Positions 50,423 to 58,930 of a DNA stretch of 64,000 nucleotides are shown piece by piece (position 1 is the first letter of the stretch; every line of letters begins with the position of its first letter). The stretch is from positions 32,001 to 96,000 of IMG/VR virus record IMGVR_UViG_2974624810_000001; one strand, given 5' to 3'. The notes beneath the pieces are model-generated. The model was not told the origin of the DNA. It was given only the letters and a program-made list of their open reading frames with translations, and ran no database searches. Origin of the DNA: a virus (lineage: Duplodnaviria > Caudoviricetes). Position numbers and translations under genes: made by a program.

Positions 50423-50446
50423 AAAAACCCCTCTTCGGAGGGGTTT
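50423..50446 (+). terminator. Intrinsic terminator
   Basis: AAACCCCTC-TTCG-GAGGGGTTT. Confidence 0.85.
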
Positions 50447-50643
50447 AGTCGTTTTATGGTACGATTAATAGATGATAAGTAAAGAAGAACGAAAAGAACT
50501 AAAGTTGGCGAGGTCAAAGGCAGAACTAGTAAGAACCGTGACCAGCATCTTCCAAATGATTATTGCTTCTGCCACTCTCATCATCCTGGTTTACGTCAAC
50601 TTCATGCGTTGACAGACGGCCCAGCAGGGTGTAGAGTCTGAAC

Positions 50644-51030
50644 ATGGACAAGGACGAACCAGGTGTAACGGTTCTCAGTCTATTGAGAATGCTGAATCGA
50701 AAACAGAAAATTCGGCCGGTAGTCGAGATGTCTACCTGTGGCCATTGTAAGACCAGGTACGATATCCATAAAGGACATATGTGTCCCATGATAAGGGACC
50801 TTTACACAAAGCTTGGAGACCTTATGAGTTACAAGTCAGAGACTTTCAGGCGTCAGGGTAACGGCCGAATGGCAGACGACATCAAGGCCCTTGCCAAGAA
50901 TTGCGACCTGAAGGTAAATCACTTCAGCGCAAGCGGCTGGCTCCTCAAGACCATTACCATTACGGTTTATGGCCACAAGGACGACATTGCTCGATTTGAA
51001 AGCCAGCTCCCTGCTGGAGTGCAGTCTTGA
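50644..51030 (+). CDS. Hypothetical protein
   Basis: Promoter TTGACA-N17-TAGAGT 50609-50637, ATG 6 nt later; alternative internal start 50824. Confidence 0.55.
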   Translation: MDKDEPGVTVLSLLRMLNRKQKIRPVVEMSTCGHCKTRYDIHKGHMCPMIRDLYTKLGDLMSYKSETFRRQGNGRMADDIKALAKNCDLKVNHFSASGWLLKTITITVYGHKDDIARFESQLPAGVQS

Positions 51031-51410
51031 GCAATAGTTTTTACCATGCACGTAGCTCTGCACGGAAGTGGGGAGGTGAGCCAGAAGATTACATCGCCAT
51101 TCACGAATGGATTGATGCATCCAAGGCTCACTTTGGCGACGCCCGGCACAGAGCGTTGCGTCATCACACAGAAGGTTGTTGGGAGGCTGAACGAGTATTC
51201 GGCCTTACCATCACAGTAAAGAAACAAAGGACAGGGGTAGAAGTACGCGTCCCTGTAAGAGAAATTGCTGAGCAGCATATCTTCGAAGACCTTGGATACA
51301 TTCCAAGTCTTGCAGACTGGCTCAAGAACATGGACCTAAAGCCATGGATGGGCGGCAAGGTGAAGACTGTTGTTTCTCGCACTGATGTATTGAAGGGAAA
51401 AGATGACTGA
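51027..51410 (+). CDS. His-rich conserved protein (DUF6915-like)
   Basis: HARSSARKWGG.PEDY..IH.W.D.SK..RHRALRHH..EQH..EDLG. Confidence 0.75.
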   Translation: MSNSFYHARSSARKWGGEPEDYIAIHEWIDASKAHFGDARHRALRHHTEGCWEAERVFGLTITVKKQRTGVEVRVPVREIAEQHIFEDLGYIPSLADWLKNMDLKPWMGGKVKTVVSRTDVLKGKDD

Positions 51411-51927
51411 CCTATATGGCCGAACCCTACGTGGTGAGCCACAAGATGATGACAGTTGGCCAGAGCAAGATGACACTCAATTGCTCATCGATGCTCTTGA
51501 CAGGGTTCTTGCGCTTGAGCATGTTGCCTCTGTACGATGGGAGCAGTACACACCAAGCTTCAATGACGGAGAGCCTTGCAAATTCAGCGTTCATCGTGTG
51601 GCTGTTCGTTTGGAGGGCTTCGAAGTTCCTGAAGATGGGTTTGAAACTTCCGAAGACCGGTGGTACGATGAGGATGAAGAGGTCTTCTTCGACCGTTATG
51701 AGCTATATGAGTTTGCACTAAACGAAGATGGCAGCAAGAACTACGATGAGACTGTCTATGAAATTCAGGGAATTCCTACCAAGGATATCGCTGATGCTCT
51801 AAAGGTCTTCAATGACATGCTTGACAGTGGTGCTCATTATGCTTGGCTCATGACATCATTTGGAGACCCGGCAGAAGTGACGGCTACATTTGATACATTC
51901 GATGTAGAACGTTGTGAGCACGAATAG
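51403..51927 (+). CDS. Acidic hypothetical protein
   Basis: W.QYTP.FNDGEPC.F motif. Confidence 0.7.
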   Translation: MTDLYGRTLRGEPQDDDSWPEQDDTQLLIDALDRVLALEHVASVRWEQYTPSFNDGEPCKFSVHRVAVRLEGFEVPEDGFETSEDRWYDEDEEVFFDRYELYEFALNEDGSKNYDETVYEIQGIPTKDIADALKVFNDMLDSGAHYAWLMTSFGDPAEVTATFDTFDVERCEHE

Positions 51928-52120
51928 GAGCTATATGTCTTTGAGCCATATTGATGCAGAGCGTATCCTTGACCTGATTTCTGGAACTATTGATGGTGGC
52001 TGGAATGATGGAATAGATGCGTTTGTTGGTGCATCAAATGATGGAGAATTTCTTCATGTCGAAGTTGAAGATGACGACGGCAACAAAAAGAAGTTCTACC
52101 TCAGCATAGAAGAAGCGTAG
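51914..52120 (+). CDS. Hypothetical protein
   Basis: ORF; AGGAG favours ATG at 51935. Confidence 0.55.
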   Translation: MSTNRSYMSLSHIDAERILDLISGTIDGGWNDGIDAFVGASNDGEFLHVEVEDDDGNKKKFYLSIEEA

Positions 52121-52177
52121 GCCAAAGCCTTTCATAATTGTTAGTCAGATATAATGATTATGAAAGGAGTGTGAATC

Positions 52178-52453
52178 ATGGCTTACTACCAGATTTCTCA
52201 GTTCTACTACAATTCTGAAACCAACAACATCGTGGTACAGTTTTCTCTAGTAGGAGAGCCACCAACAGAATACGAAACCAATGCTGGTGACCTCCCATAT
52301 GATGTCTTCGAGGCAGAAATCTTCCTTGATGCTGGTCAGAACAAGGTAGGACAGTACATCCCTGGCTCTGCTGATGGTACAATCCCATCACAGACACTTG
52401 GTCGTGACATCGGCCAGTCTCCAGAAGAGATTCCAGATGTCCCACTGCCATAG
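52178..52453 (+). CDS. Acidic hypothetical protein
   Basis: AAAGGAG RBS inside a hairpin arm; TATAAT upstream. Confidence 0.7.
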   Translation: MAYYQISQFYYNSETNNIVVQFSLVGEPPTEYETNAGDLPYDVFEAEIFLDAGQNKVGQYIPGSADGTIPSQTLGRDIGQSPEEIPDVPLP

Positions 52454-52529
52454 TTGACAGGCTGATGGACATCAGTTAGACTAGTAACACAGCGCAGGAC
52501 GGAGCGCTTACAACTTATAATCCGTTCAT

Positions 52530-52605
52530 GCTCCGGTGGTCTAGTTTGGTCTAGGATACTTGACTCTCAATCAAGAGGACACGGGTTCAAATCCCGTTCG
52601 GAGTA
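52530..52605 (+). tRNA. tRNA-Glu(CTC)
   Basis: CTTGA-CTCTCAA-TCAAG; promoter 52454-52482. Confidence 0.92.
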
Positions 52606-52652
52606 CTGGTTGACACAGTCGACCGTATTAGATACAGTAGAAACAACAGCAA

Positions 52653-52727
52653 GCCCCGTTAGTCTAGTGGCCTAGGATTCCAGACTTTCAATCTGCGAGA
52701 ACGTCGGTTCGAATCCGACACGGGGTA
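52653..52727 (+). tRNA. tRNA-Glu(TTC)
   Basis: CAGA-CTTTCAA-TCTG; promoter 52610-52638. Confidence 0.9.
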
Positions 52728-52806
52728 CGTTGAATAGTGGTCATGTCTGATGCGCATGTTAAATACTATCAAGACGTTACTAGTGCGTCTGAAAGTGCCA
52801 CTTTAT

Positions 52807-52879
52807 GCGGGTGTCGTCTAGCGGCTAAGGCCCCATCCTTACAAGATGGTCATCGGAGGTTCGAGTCCTCTCACCCGTA
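52807..52879 (+). tRNA. tRNA-Val(TAC)
   Basis: CCATC-CTTACAA-GATGG. Confidence 0.88.
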
Positions 52880-52966
52880 CGAGTCCCCGTCAGAGGCTAG
52901 AGGATGACGACCTACATTCTGACAGCAGTTGGGCACACCATAGTTAGGACAGCCACGAACTGCATT

Positions 52967-53043
52967 GGGTTTGATTGGTATGACGTTAGTGAAAGCCGAC
53001 AATGGACCGCTAACCGCAGAGGGTTCGAATCCCTCCAAATCCA
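52967..53043 (+). ncRNA. tmRNA-TLD-like mini RNA
   Basis: GGGTTTG/CAAATCC-A with G3:U70; stemless D region ending GAC; 7-bp helix; canonical T arm. Confidence 0.65.
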
Positions 53044-53155
53044 CGCTGGAAGGTGATGAGGTGAGAGAAAAGTTGGTCACTCAGTATCTCTGCTCATTAT
53101 GTAAGGTCTAACCAACTATCATACCGGGCTCGGAACCCGGCCCTTCCGTAGACTT

Positions 53156-53230
53156 GCGCCGTTGACGGGAACTGGCATACCTAGTTGACTTAGAATCAAC
53201 TGCTTGGGAGTTCGACTCTCCCACGGCGTA
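53156..53230 (+). tRNA. tRNA-Leu(TAG), short variable region
   Basis: GTTGA-CTTAGAA-TCAAC; 5-nt variable loop. Confidence 0.85.
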
Positions 53231-53400
53231 CTCCATAATTGTAAAGACAGGATGAGATTGTCTGACGAAGAGTGTCCAAAAGGCGGTAATCACGAGTGGA
53301 TGATATGGTCAGGAAAGTTCAGATGTCGAAAATGTGGAACAACAAGTAAGTAACAGTCTGCATAGGTTGTATTAGAAACTTCATGTGCTATGATTAGAAC

Positions 53401-53826
53401 ATGAAGCAATGCAATAAGTGTGGCGAGGTCAAAGAGCTTGATGACTTCGCATTCAGAAACAAGGCCAAGGGAACAAAGAGTCCTACATGCAAGCAATGTC
53501 AAAAGGACTATGCCAAGGCCAACTATCAAGAGAAAACGCAATACTATATAGATAAAGCTCGGCAGTCAAACAAGACTGCATCTGATAGGAACAAGCAATA
53601 TGTGATAGATTATCTCAAGTCTCATCCATGTGTGGACTGTGGCGAATCTGACATAGAAGTGCTACAATTTGACCATGTAGAAATGGTGAGAGGCAGAGGG
53701 AATCGTATAGCAAACTTCCGAACACATTCTCTTGATACACTAAAGAAAGAACTTGCTAAGTGTGAAGTAAGGTGTGGCAATTGTCACATTAGAAGAACAC
53801 GAAAGCAAATGGGATGGCTTCGCTAG
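53401..53826 (+). CDS. HNH endonuclease
   Basis: CxxC..CxxC; HPCVDCGESD..LQFDH..KCEVRC.NCH. Confidence 0.88.
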   Translation: MKQCNKCGEVKELDDFAFRNKAKGTKSPTCKQCQKDYAKANYQEKTQYYIDKARQSNKTASDRNKQYVIDYLKSHPCVDCGESDIEVLQFDHVEMVRGRGNRIANFRTHSLDTLKKELAKCEVRCGNCHIRRTRKQMGWLR

Positions 53827-53836
53827 TCATCTTTAT

Positions 53837-53918
53837 GCGCCTGTGGTGGAATTTAGGTAGACACGCTGGTCTTAGGAACCAGTTCTTCGGAGTGCAGGTT
53901 CAAGTCCTGTCAGGCGTA
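53837..53918 (+). tRNA. tRNA-Leu(TAG)
   Basis: CTGGT-CTTAGGA-ACCAG; variable arm. Confidence 0.92.
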
Positions 53919-53971
53919 CTTTGACTGTCATCCGGAGTCAGTCAAATGCATATCAGGTCGCCCCTGATATG

Positions 53972-54080
53972 AGGAACATAGTTTAATAGGTAAAACCGCG
54001 AAATGCAATGTCGAACGCAGCCTGAACGCTGCTAGTAGATAACAGAGTAGCAATTGTCGGTTCGAATCCGGCTGTTCCGC
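53972..54080 (+). ncRNA. tRNA-like RNA with anticodon arm replaced by a larger domain
   Basis: GGAACA/TGTTCC acceptor, D arm GTTT-AATAGGTA-AAAC, T arm GTCGG-TTCGAAT-CCGGC, about 55 nt between them. Confidence 0.6.
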
Positions 54081-54224
54081 TAGCCTGCGACGGTGATTCG
54101 ATATAAGTCGGCAAGGGAGTGTACAATCCCGACCCGCATTCGAGAAAGGTGCCTAGCTAGGTCCACCTATCAATAGGGTGAAAGTTTCTTGGTTGTTCTT
54201 CCTTATAATAAGAACCTCCCCAAT

Positions 54225-54296
54225 GGTCCTTTAGCTGAGATAGATTAGCGATAGCCTGAAAAGCTTTAGAGGTCGGTGCGATACCGTCAGGGACCA
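54225..54296 (+). tRNA. tRNA-Phe(GAA), atypical T loop
   Basis: AGC-CTGAAAA-GCT; T loop TGCGATA. Confidence 0.8.
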
Positions 54297-54302
54297 CTTT
54301 AA

Positions 54303-54373
54303 TCCGTAGTGGTGTAGTGGCAACACGTCACCTTGCCAAGGTGAAGTTGCGAGTTCGATTCTCGTCTACGGGA
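54303..54373 (+). tRNA. tRNA-Gly(GCC)
   Basis: TCACC-TTGCCAA-GGTGA; A73. Confidence 0.88.
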
Positions 54374-54378
54374 CTCTT

Positions 54379-54453
54379 GCCCCAGTATTGGCCCGGCCTT
54401 CTAAGCCAGAGGCGCATAACGGAAAGATGCAGGTTCGAATCCTGTCTGGGGTG
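54379..54453 (+). tRNA. Non-canonical tRNA-Arg(TCT), relocated D-loop
   Basis: GCCCCAG/CTGGGGT; GGC-CTTCTAA-GCC; TAACGGA before T arm. Confidence 0.7.
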
Positions 54454-54569
54454 CGTTATGAAAATGCTCGGTAGAAAAGTCTGGAGAGGCCAGACGTTCG
54501 AGGACTCTCCGCTTAAAAATAAAATTTGGAGGCGTCGTGAACGAAGAGAGTGGTACCGAGAATGGCGTA

Positions 54570-54728
54570 ATGACAGACCTGATGCTTCAAGGAATTCTTC
54601 AGATTGAAGAAGTAGAAGAGAATGGTGACATCCTCCTCTCCCTTGACTGGGATAGACTGTATGAATACGATTCAAATATCTACTACTATCTCAGAGAAGC
54701 TGAACTTAACGGTCAGATGATACAATGA
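54570..54728 (+). CDS. Small acidic protein
   Basis: ORF from ATG 54570. Confidence 0.5.
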   Translation: MTDLMLQGILQIEEVEENGDILLSLDWDRLYEYDSNIYYYLREAELNGQMIQ

Positions 54729-54732
54729 AGGC

Positions 54733-54888
54733 ATGAAGACATATACAATCGCAGTTAGCCTTCTATTGTCAGTGGAAGCTCCTGACCAATCAGACGCACT
54801 TGAAGCTGTCAAGGATACGTTTGGTGAAGGTGAAATCTGTGGGATAGACATCAAGGACATCGAGGTTGAAGTTGTCGATGAACTTTGA
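54733..54888 (+). CDS. Small hypothetical protein (not in ORF track)
   Basis: TGATACAAT 6 nt upstream of ATG; 51 aa. Confidence 0.55.
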   Translation: MKTYTIAVSLLLSVEAPDQSDALEAVKDTFGEGEICGIDIKDIEVEVVDEL

Positions 54889-55066
54889 TATGCTGTCTAA
54901 CGTACCAGGAGTTGAATTCTTCCTTAAGTGCACATTCTGCCCGGAAGAATCAGACGGTAACTTGACAGTTGAGCTTGAGCCTGGTATGTTTGTACCAATG
55001 CCGATATGTGAAGCATGTCTGGCAGAGCAGGCTAAGAACTTCAATATGATTGAAGGCCCGGCGTAA
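54878..55066 (+). CDS. Small zinc-finger protein
   Basis: CxxC..CxxC. Confidence 0.55.
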   Translation: MNFDMLSNVPGVEFFLKCTFCPEESDGNLTVELEPGMFVPMPICEACLAEQAKNFNMIEGPA

Positions 55067-55076
55067 ATGGGCCTAT

Positions 55077-55148
55077 GGGCGATTAGTGTTAATGGTAGCA
55101 CGTCTGTTTTGCAAGCAGATAGAGGGGGTTCGAGTCCCCCATTGTCCA
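55077..55148 (+). tRNA. tRNA-Ala(TGC)
   Basis: TCTGT-TTTGCAA-GCAGA; G3:U70. Confidence 0.9.
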
Positions 55149-55306
55149 CAACTCCTTTACAGGAGGTGGTAATATGACTGTAGAGAGAGCACTTGTAATT
55201 GCAATCTTGGTCATCCTAGTCGTATGGCTAGCAATTACGCTTCTGTAAAAGAACGTATGCCCCTGTCAGGTACTTAGGAGTAGGGGAGAATGTAAACCTG
55301 ACATAT

Positions 55307-55381
55307 GATTCGGTCGCACAGTCTGGCAGTGCAAAGGACTCTTAACCCTTGAGAACGTGGGTTCAAATCCCACCCGAATCA
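55307..55381 (+). tRNA. tRNA-Lys(CTT)
   Basis: Loop CTCTTAA; GATTCGG/CCGAATC-A. Confidence 0.88.
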
Positions 55382-55480
55382 CGTTGGGCAAGGAACGCAC
55401 ACCTGGCGAGGTGCCTTGCTCTGCTCTTTAAACCACCCTACTCCTTGTGAGTAGGGTTTTTTAATGCTACAATTGTTTTT

Positions 55481-56029
55481 ATGACTACACCAAAGAAGTA
55501 CACCCCAAGACCAGGTGACATTGGACTGACCCGAATCGGCGGCCTCACAGGCGTTCTGGTGGGCCTAGGACAATTCATCTTGAGGGATGCGAGTAGATAC
55601 ACCCATGTGTTTGTTGTTTTGGACAACGGCGAAGTCATCGAAGCGATGCCAGGTGGAGCAATCATCAGCCCACTGGACAAGTATGCTGGAACTACCAAGT
55701 ATGGCAGTCCACTGGCAGCTTACCTAGACATCAAGTTGACACAAGAGCAGCGAGACGCTATCGTAAGAGAGGCCCGGCAGCTAGAGGGAATCCCATACAG
55801 CTTCCTTGACTATGTTGCCTTGGCACTAGAACGATTTGGTTTTAGCTGGAAGTGGCTAGAGAACTATGTCGCTTCTACAAAGCACCTTATCTGTTCTCAG
55901 TTGGCCGATGAGGCATATCGTAGGGCTGGAGTCCACCTCTTTGAAGATGGTAGGCTTCCTCAGAAGGTAACCCCTGGCGACCTCACCTACGTAGGATTTG
56001 ACCAGAGGTACGATGAAGAAGTGCTCTGA
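55481..56029 (+). CDS. Permuted NlpC/P60 (YiiX/YaeF-like) amidase
   Basis: PGDIG, THVF, G.PYSF, ICSQL, VTPGDL. Confidence 0.85.
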   Translation: MTTPKKYTPRPGDIGLTRIGGLTGVLVGLGQFILRDASRYTHVFVVLDNGEVIEAMPGGAIISPLDKYAGTTKYGSPLAAYLDIKLTQEQRDAIVREARQLEGIPYSFLDYVALALERFGFSWKWLENYVASTKHLICSQLADEAYRRAGVHLFEDGRLPQKVTPGDLTYVGFDQRYDEEVL

Positions 56030-56061
56030 TTGTAAAGAGAGCGGAAGGGTAGAATCTTCAA

Positions 56062-56259
56062 GTGAGTACGATGAAGTGTCTGGGCTGTAACAAAGACAAG
56101 CCCAGAAGTGATTTTGGAACGACCGGCAATGCGAGGGTCTTGTGCTCACGCTGTCGTTCTGGTAGTGTAATACGTACAAGCAAGGGAAGCGGACACAAGA
56201 ATTCTAGCGGAAGCTGGATTGGTGACCTCTTCGATGCGATTGGAGACATCTTCTCTTGA
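56062..56259 (+). CDS. Small zinc-finger protein
   Basis: CxxC..CxxC; TAGAAT 6 nt before GTG. Confidence 0.55.
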   Translation: MSTMKCLGCNKDKPRSDFGTTGNARVLCSRCRSGSVIRTSKGSGHKNSSGSWIGDLFDAIGDIFS

Positions 56260-56534
56260 CAAGAACTCAACTGCTGGCTATCCTGGAAAGGAAGGCCAAG
56301 CTGGCAAAGAGAAAGATGTCAGAAGCAAATCAGCGTGACGACCGAGTTGAGACTCGTGCGTATGCTGTTGAGCTGACAGAGACAAATGCATTCATTCAAG
56401 CTCTTAAAAAGCTTAAGAGCCTAGACTAGGAGAGCAATGTATCTGTACTACAGGGCTAGAGAAATCCTGTCAGACATGATAAACTGGTATCAGAACAAGC
56501 TCAATGGTTTTTGAACAACGCCCGAAAGGGCTAT

Positions 56535-56611
56535 TCCCACGATACACCTGTGTGGCTCGGTGTAGCAGACTGTTAATCTGCCGGTCGCTGGTTCGACTCC
56601 AGCCGTGGGAG
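56535..56611 (+). tRNA. tRNA-Asn(GTT), 6-bp D stem
   Basis: GCAGA-CTGTTAA-TCTGC; TACACC/GGTGTA. Confidence 0.82.
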
Positions 56612-57143
56612 CTGGCCGCCAAAGCTAGGGGAGATAGCTACCTCTGGCAAGGATAAACCGGATGATAGGCTATGGTATTCTAGACAGGCTATAGTTGAAG
56701 ACAAGGTGGAAACCCAGAGGCAAACTGGGGCACGGCCAACCAATTGATGTGGTAGCTCAACTACAAGAGGTGAGTAGCAGTAATGACTGTGTCTGAGCTT
56801 ATTAAGGCATTGAGTGAGATGGACCAGAATGCGACTGTCGTCATGGTGGTTGATGTTCCAGGACCAGAGATTGACATCGACTTGGTAGAGGCTTCAAAGG
56901 GCTACTACTCAGGTGACGATGTGGTTGAACTGAGTTAAGCTTTACAACAGCACGTAGATTGTTCGTGTACCTTTGGTTTTACGGCTTTTTAAATCTTAGG
57001 AGCGGACATGAAGAAGGGTTTAGCGGCCCTACCCAATCAAGAGGAAGCCGTTGAGATTGGTCGTGCTACAGTAAAAGAGCGGATGTTGGGACCGCTTCAA
57101 GCAAGAGACGTCGCTCAAAGACGGAGTGCTGCATCCCTTCCTA

Positions 57144-57216
57144 TGGCCTATAGCTTAATCGGCAGAGCGGTTGGTTGTTACCCAATCTGGTGTAGGTTCG
57201 AATCCTGCTAGGTCAG
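57144..57216 (+). tRNA. tRNA-Asn(GTT)
   Basis: GTTGG-TTGTTAC-CCAAT; G73. Confidence 0.85.
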
Positions 57217-57382
57217 CTCGCACAGAGATTATATCAACGTGCTCTCGTAGAGTCCCAACTTAGGTTGGGACTTTCTGCGTTGAGGCCCGGTGGTGTTGAC
57301 AGGTCTCCTTACTTCCAGTAGAGTAGTAACAAGCAAGCAGCCACAAAGTATGCTATCCTATTCAAACAATAGGAGGCAAACA

Positions 57383-57550
57383 ATGAGGTTCGCTTTTGGA
57401 CTAAGACCAGGACATGTTACTAAGCATGGTACAGTCGTAGCAGTGCAGAAAACCTTCGATGGTAAGCACATGCAGTTGACACTAGCTGGTCGGTCAGATA
57501 ATGTAGTCATAAGCAAGTACACAATCGTCCGAACAACATTCTGGAGTTAA
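57383..57550 (+). CDS. Small hypothetical protein
   Basis: AGGAGG RBS; promoter 57296-57324. Confidence 0.6.
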   Translation: MRFAFGLRPGHVTKHGTVVAVQKTFDGKHMQLTLAGRSDNVVISKYTIVRTTFWS

Positions 57551-57551
57551 A

Positions 57552-57953
57552 GTGTCAGACGCCACTGAGGCTGAGGACAAGGCCGAAGAGGAAATCAGTG
57601 ACAGTCTTGATGACGGTCGTCCTATCAAGGAGATTGTCAAGGATGCGGCCAAGGCGTATGCTGTTGCCAAGGGTCGCAAGGCTTTCTTCGCTGCTGTAAA
57701 GCTGATGAAGGCCAAGGAAAAGGAAAAGGGCGGCGAGAAGAAGAACACGAAGGGCGTAAAGGCTATGCAGAAGAAGGCGTCTCAGCTTCGCGTTGGAGAC
57801 ATCACTTCTAATGGTGAAGTCCTCACCATTAGCAAGTCCCCTGTGGACCGCAAGCAGTTCGAAATCGTCTTCATGGGCCCTTCTGGTTCTGACCGTCAGG
57901 TTGTTGACCAGAACACCAAGTACGAAGTTGTTGAGCGTCGAAGCATCCGCTGA
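57552..57953 (+). CDS. Hypothetical protein
   Basis: GGAG RBS; C-terminal ASQLRVGD SH3-like part. Confidence 0.65.
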   Translation: MSDATEAEDKAEEEISDSLDDGRPIKEIVKDAAKAYAVAKGRKAFFAAVKLMKAKEKEKGGEKKNTKGVKAMQKKASQLRVGDITSNGEVLTISKSPVDRKQFEIVFMGPSGSDRQVVDQNTKYEVVERRSIR

Positions 57954-57972
57954 ACAACGGCCTTCGGGCCAA

Positions 57973-58044
57973 GTCCCTATAGTTTAGAGGATAGAACGTC
58001 ACTCTCCTAAAGTGAAGACGCAGGTTCGACTCCTGCTGGGGATA
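57973..58044 (+). tRNA. tRNA-Arg(CCT), canonical
   Basis: TCACT-CTCCTAA-AGTGA; D loop GGA (A20). Confidence 0.9.
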
Positions 58045-58045
58045 C

Positions 58046-58243
58046 ATGTTGAATGAAGACAGACAGCGAGTTTACCTGCGAGACAGGAAGACGTATACTC
58101 CGAAACAGGTAAGACGCCTTAACAAGAAATACTGGCAAGGAAAGTTCATCGATGATGACTACGCACCTTGTCCCAGTTGTGGTGGTCCATATGACCACAG
58201 CGAGGCGGCATGTCAAGGAGATTACGAAGAGAATTGGAGTTGA
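58046..58243 (+). CDS. Small hypothetical protein
   Basis: ORF between tRNA and promoter. Confidence 0.45.
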   Translation: MLNEDRQRVYLRDRKTYTPKQVRRLNKKYWQGKFIDDDYAPCPSCGGPYDHSEAACQGDYEENWS

Positions 58244-58282
58244 CGCGAAGCCCGGTAGGGTGTAGAGTAGTCAACAGAACAA

Positions 58283-58357
58283 GGGAGCGTAGCTCAGTCT
58301 GGTCGGAGCAATGCACTGATAATGCATCGGTCGCTGGTTCAAATCCAGCCGTTCCTA
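58283..58357 (+). tRNA. tRNA-Ile(GAT), canonical
   Basis: ATGCA-CTGATAA-TGCAT; promoter 58240-58268. Confidence 0.92.
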
Positions 58358-58361
58358 CTTC

Positions 58362-58433
58362 GGGGTCGTAGCATAACGGTAATGCACTTGTATGGCATAC
58401 AAGCGATTGTGGGTTCAAATCCCATCGACTCCA
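58362..58433 (+). tRNA. tRNA-Ala(GGC)
   Basis: CTTGT-ATGGCAT-ACAAG; G3:U70. Confidence 0.9.
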
Positions 58434-58602
58434 CGCAGTTTTATCAGTTTCTGGCCCAACATGAAACTGAACGAGGCAGGTTCTAGCAGACCTAATTGGG
58501 TGCAAGGTATAGCCCGTATACCCCTTGCAGCGTACAGACCACATGTGCTAGCATGGTACGTATACTAGAGAGTATGCGGCTGGTCCCCAATTACTCTCAC
58601 TT

Positions 58603-58675
58603 GCTCCGGTAGCTCAGTTGGCAGAGCAGGGGACTCTTAATCCTCGTGTCGCTGGTTCAAGTCCAGTTCGGAGTA
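58603..58675 (+). tRNA. tRNA-Lys(CTT)
   Basis: Loop CTCTTAA; canonical D and T arms. Confidence 0.92.
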
Positions 58676-58802
58676 CAAAGCAAGGTTGCAAACTTGCTCA
58701 ATCACATTGGGGTTCGATTCCCTCTGGTGAAACAATGTGGTGTAATTGAGAGGAAAAGGCGGAGGCACATAATAAAGCCTTGCTGTCTAGCCGCTCTCTT
58801 AT

Positions 58803-58877
58803 GGTCCAGTCGCACAGTCTGGTAGTGCAATTGACTTTTAATCTTTGTGGACGTGGGTTCGAATCCCACCTGGACCA
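58803..58877 (+). tRNA. tRNA-Lys(TTT)
   Basis: Loop CTTTTAA; weak anticodon stem; GGTCCAG/CTGGACC-A. Confidence 0.8.
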
Positions 58878-58930
58878 CTTCAAAGTCTTCGAAATTGGCT
58901 TAATAGTTCGAAGTCAATTACAATCAGAGT

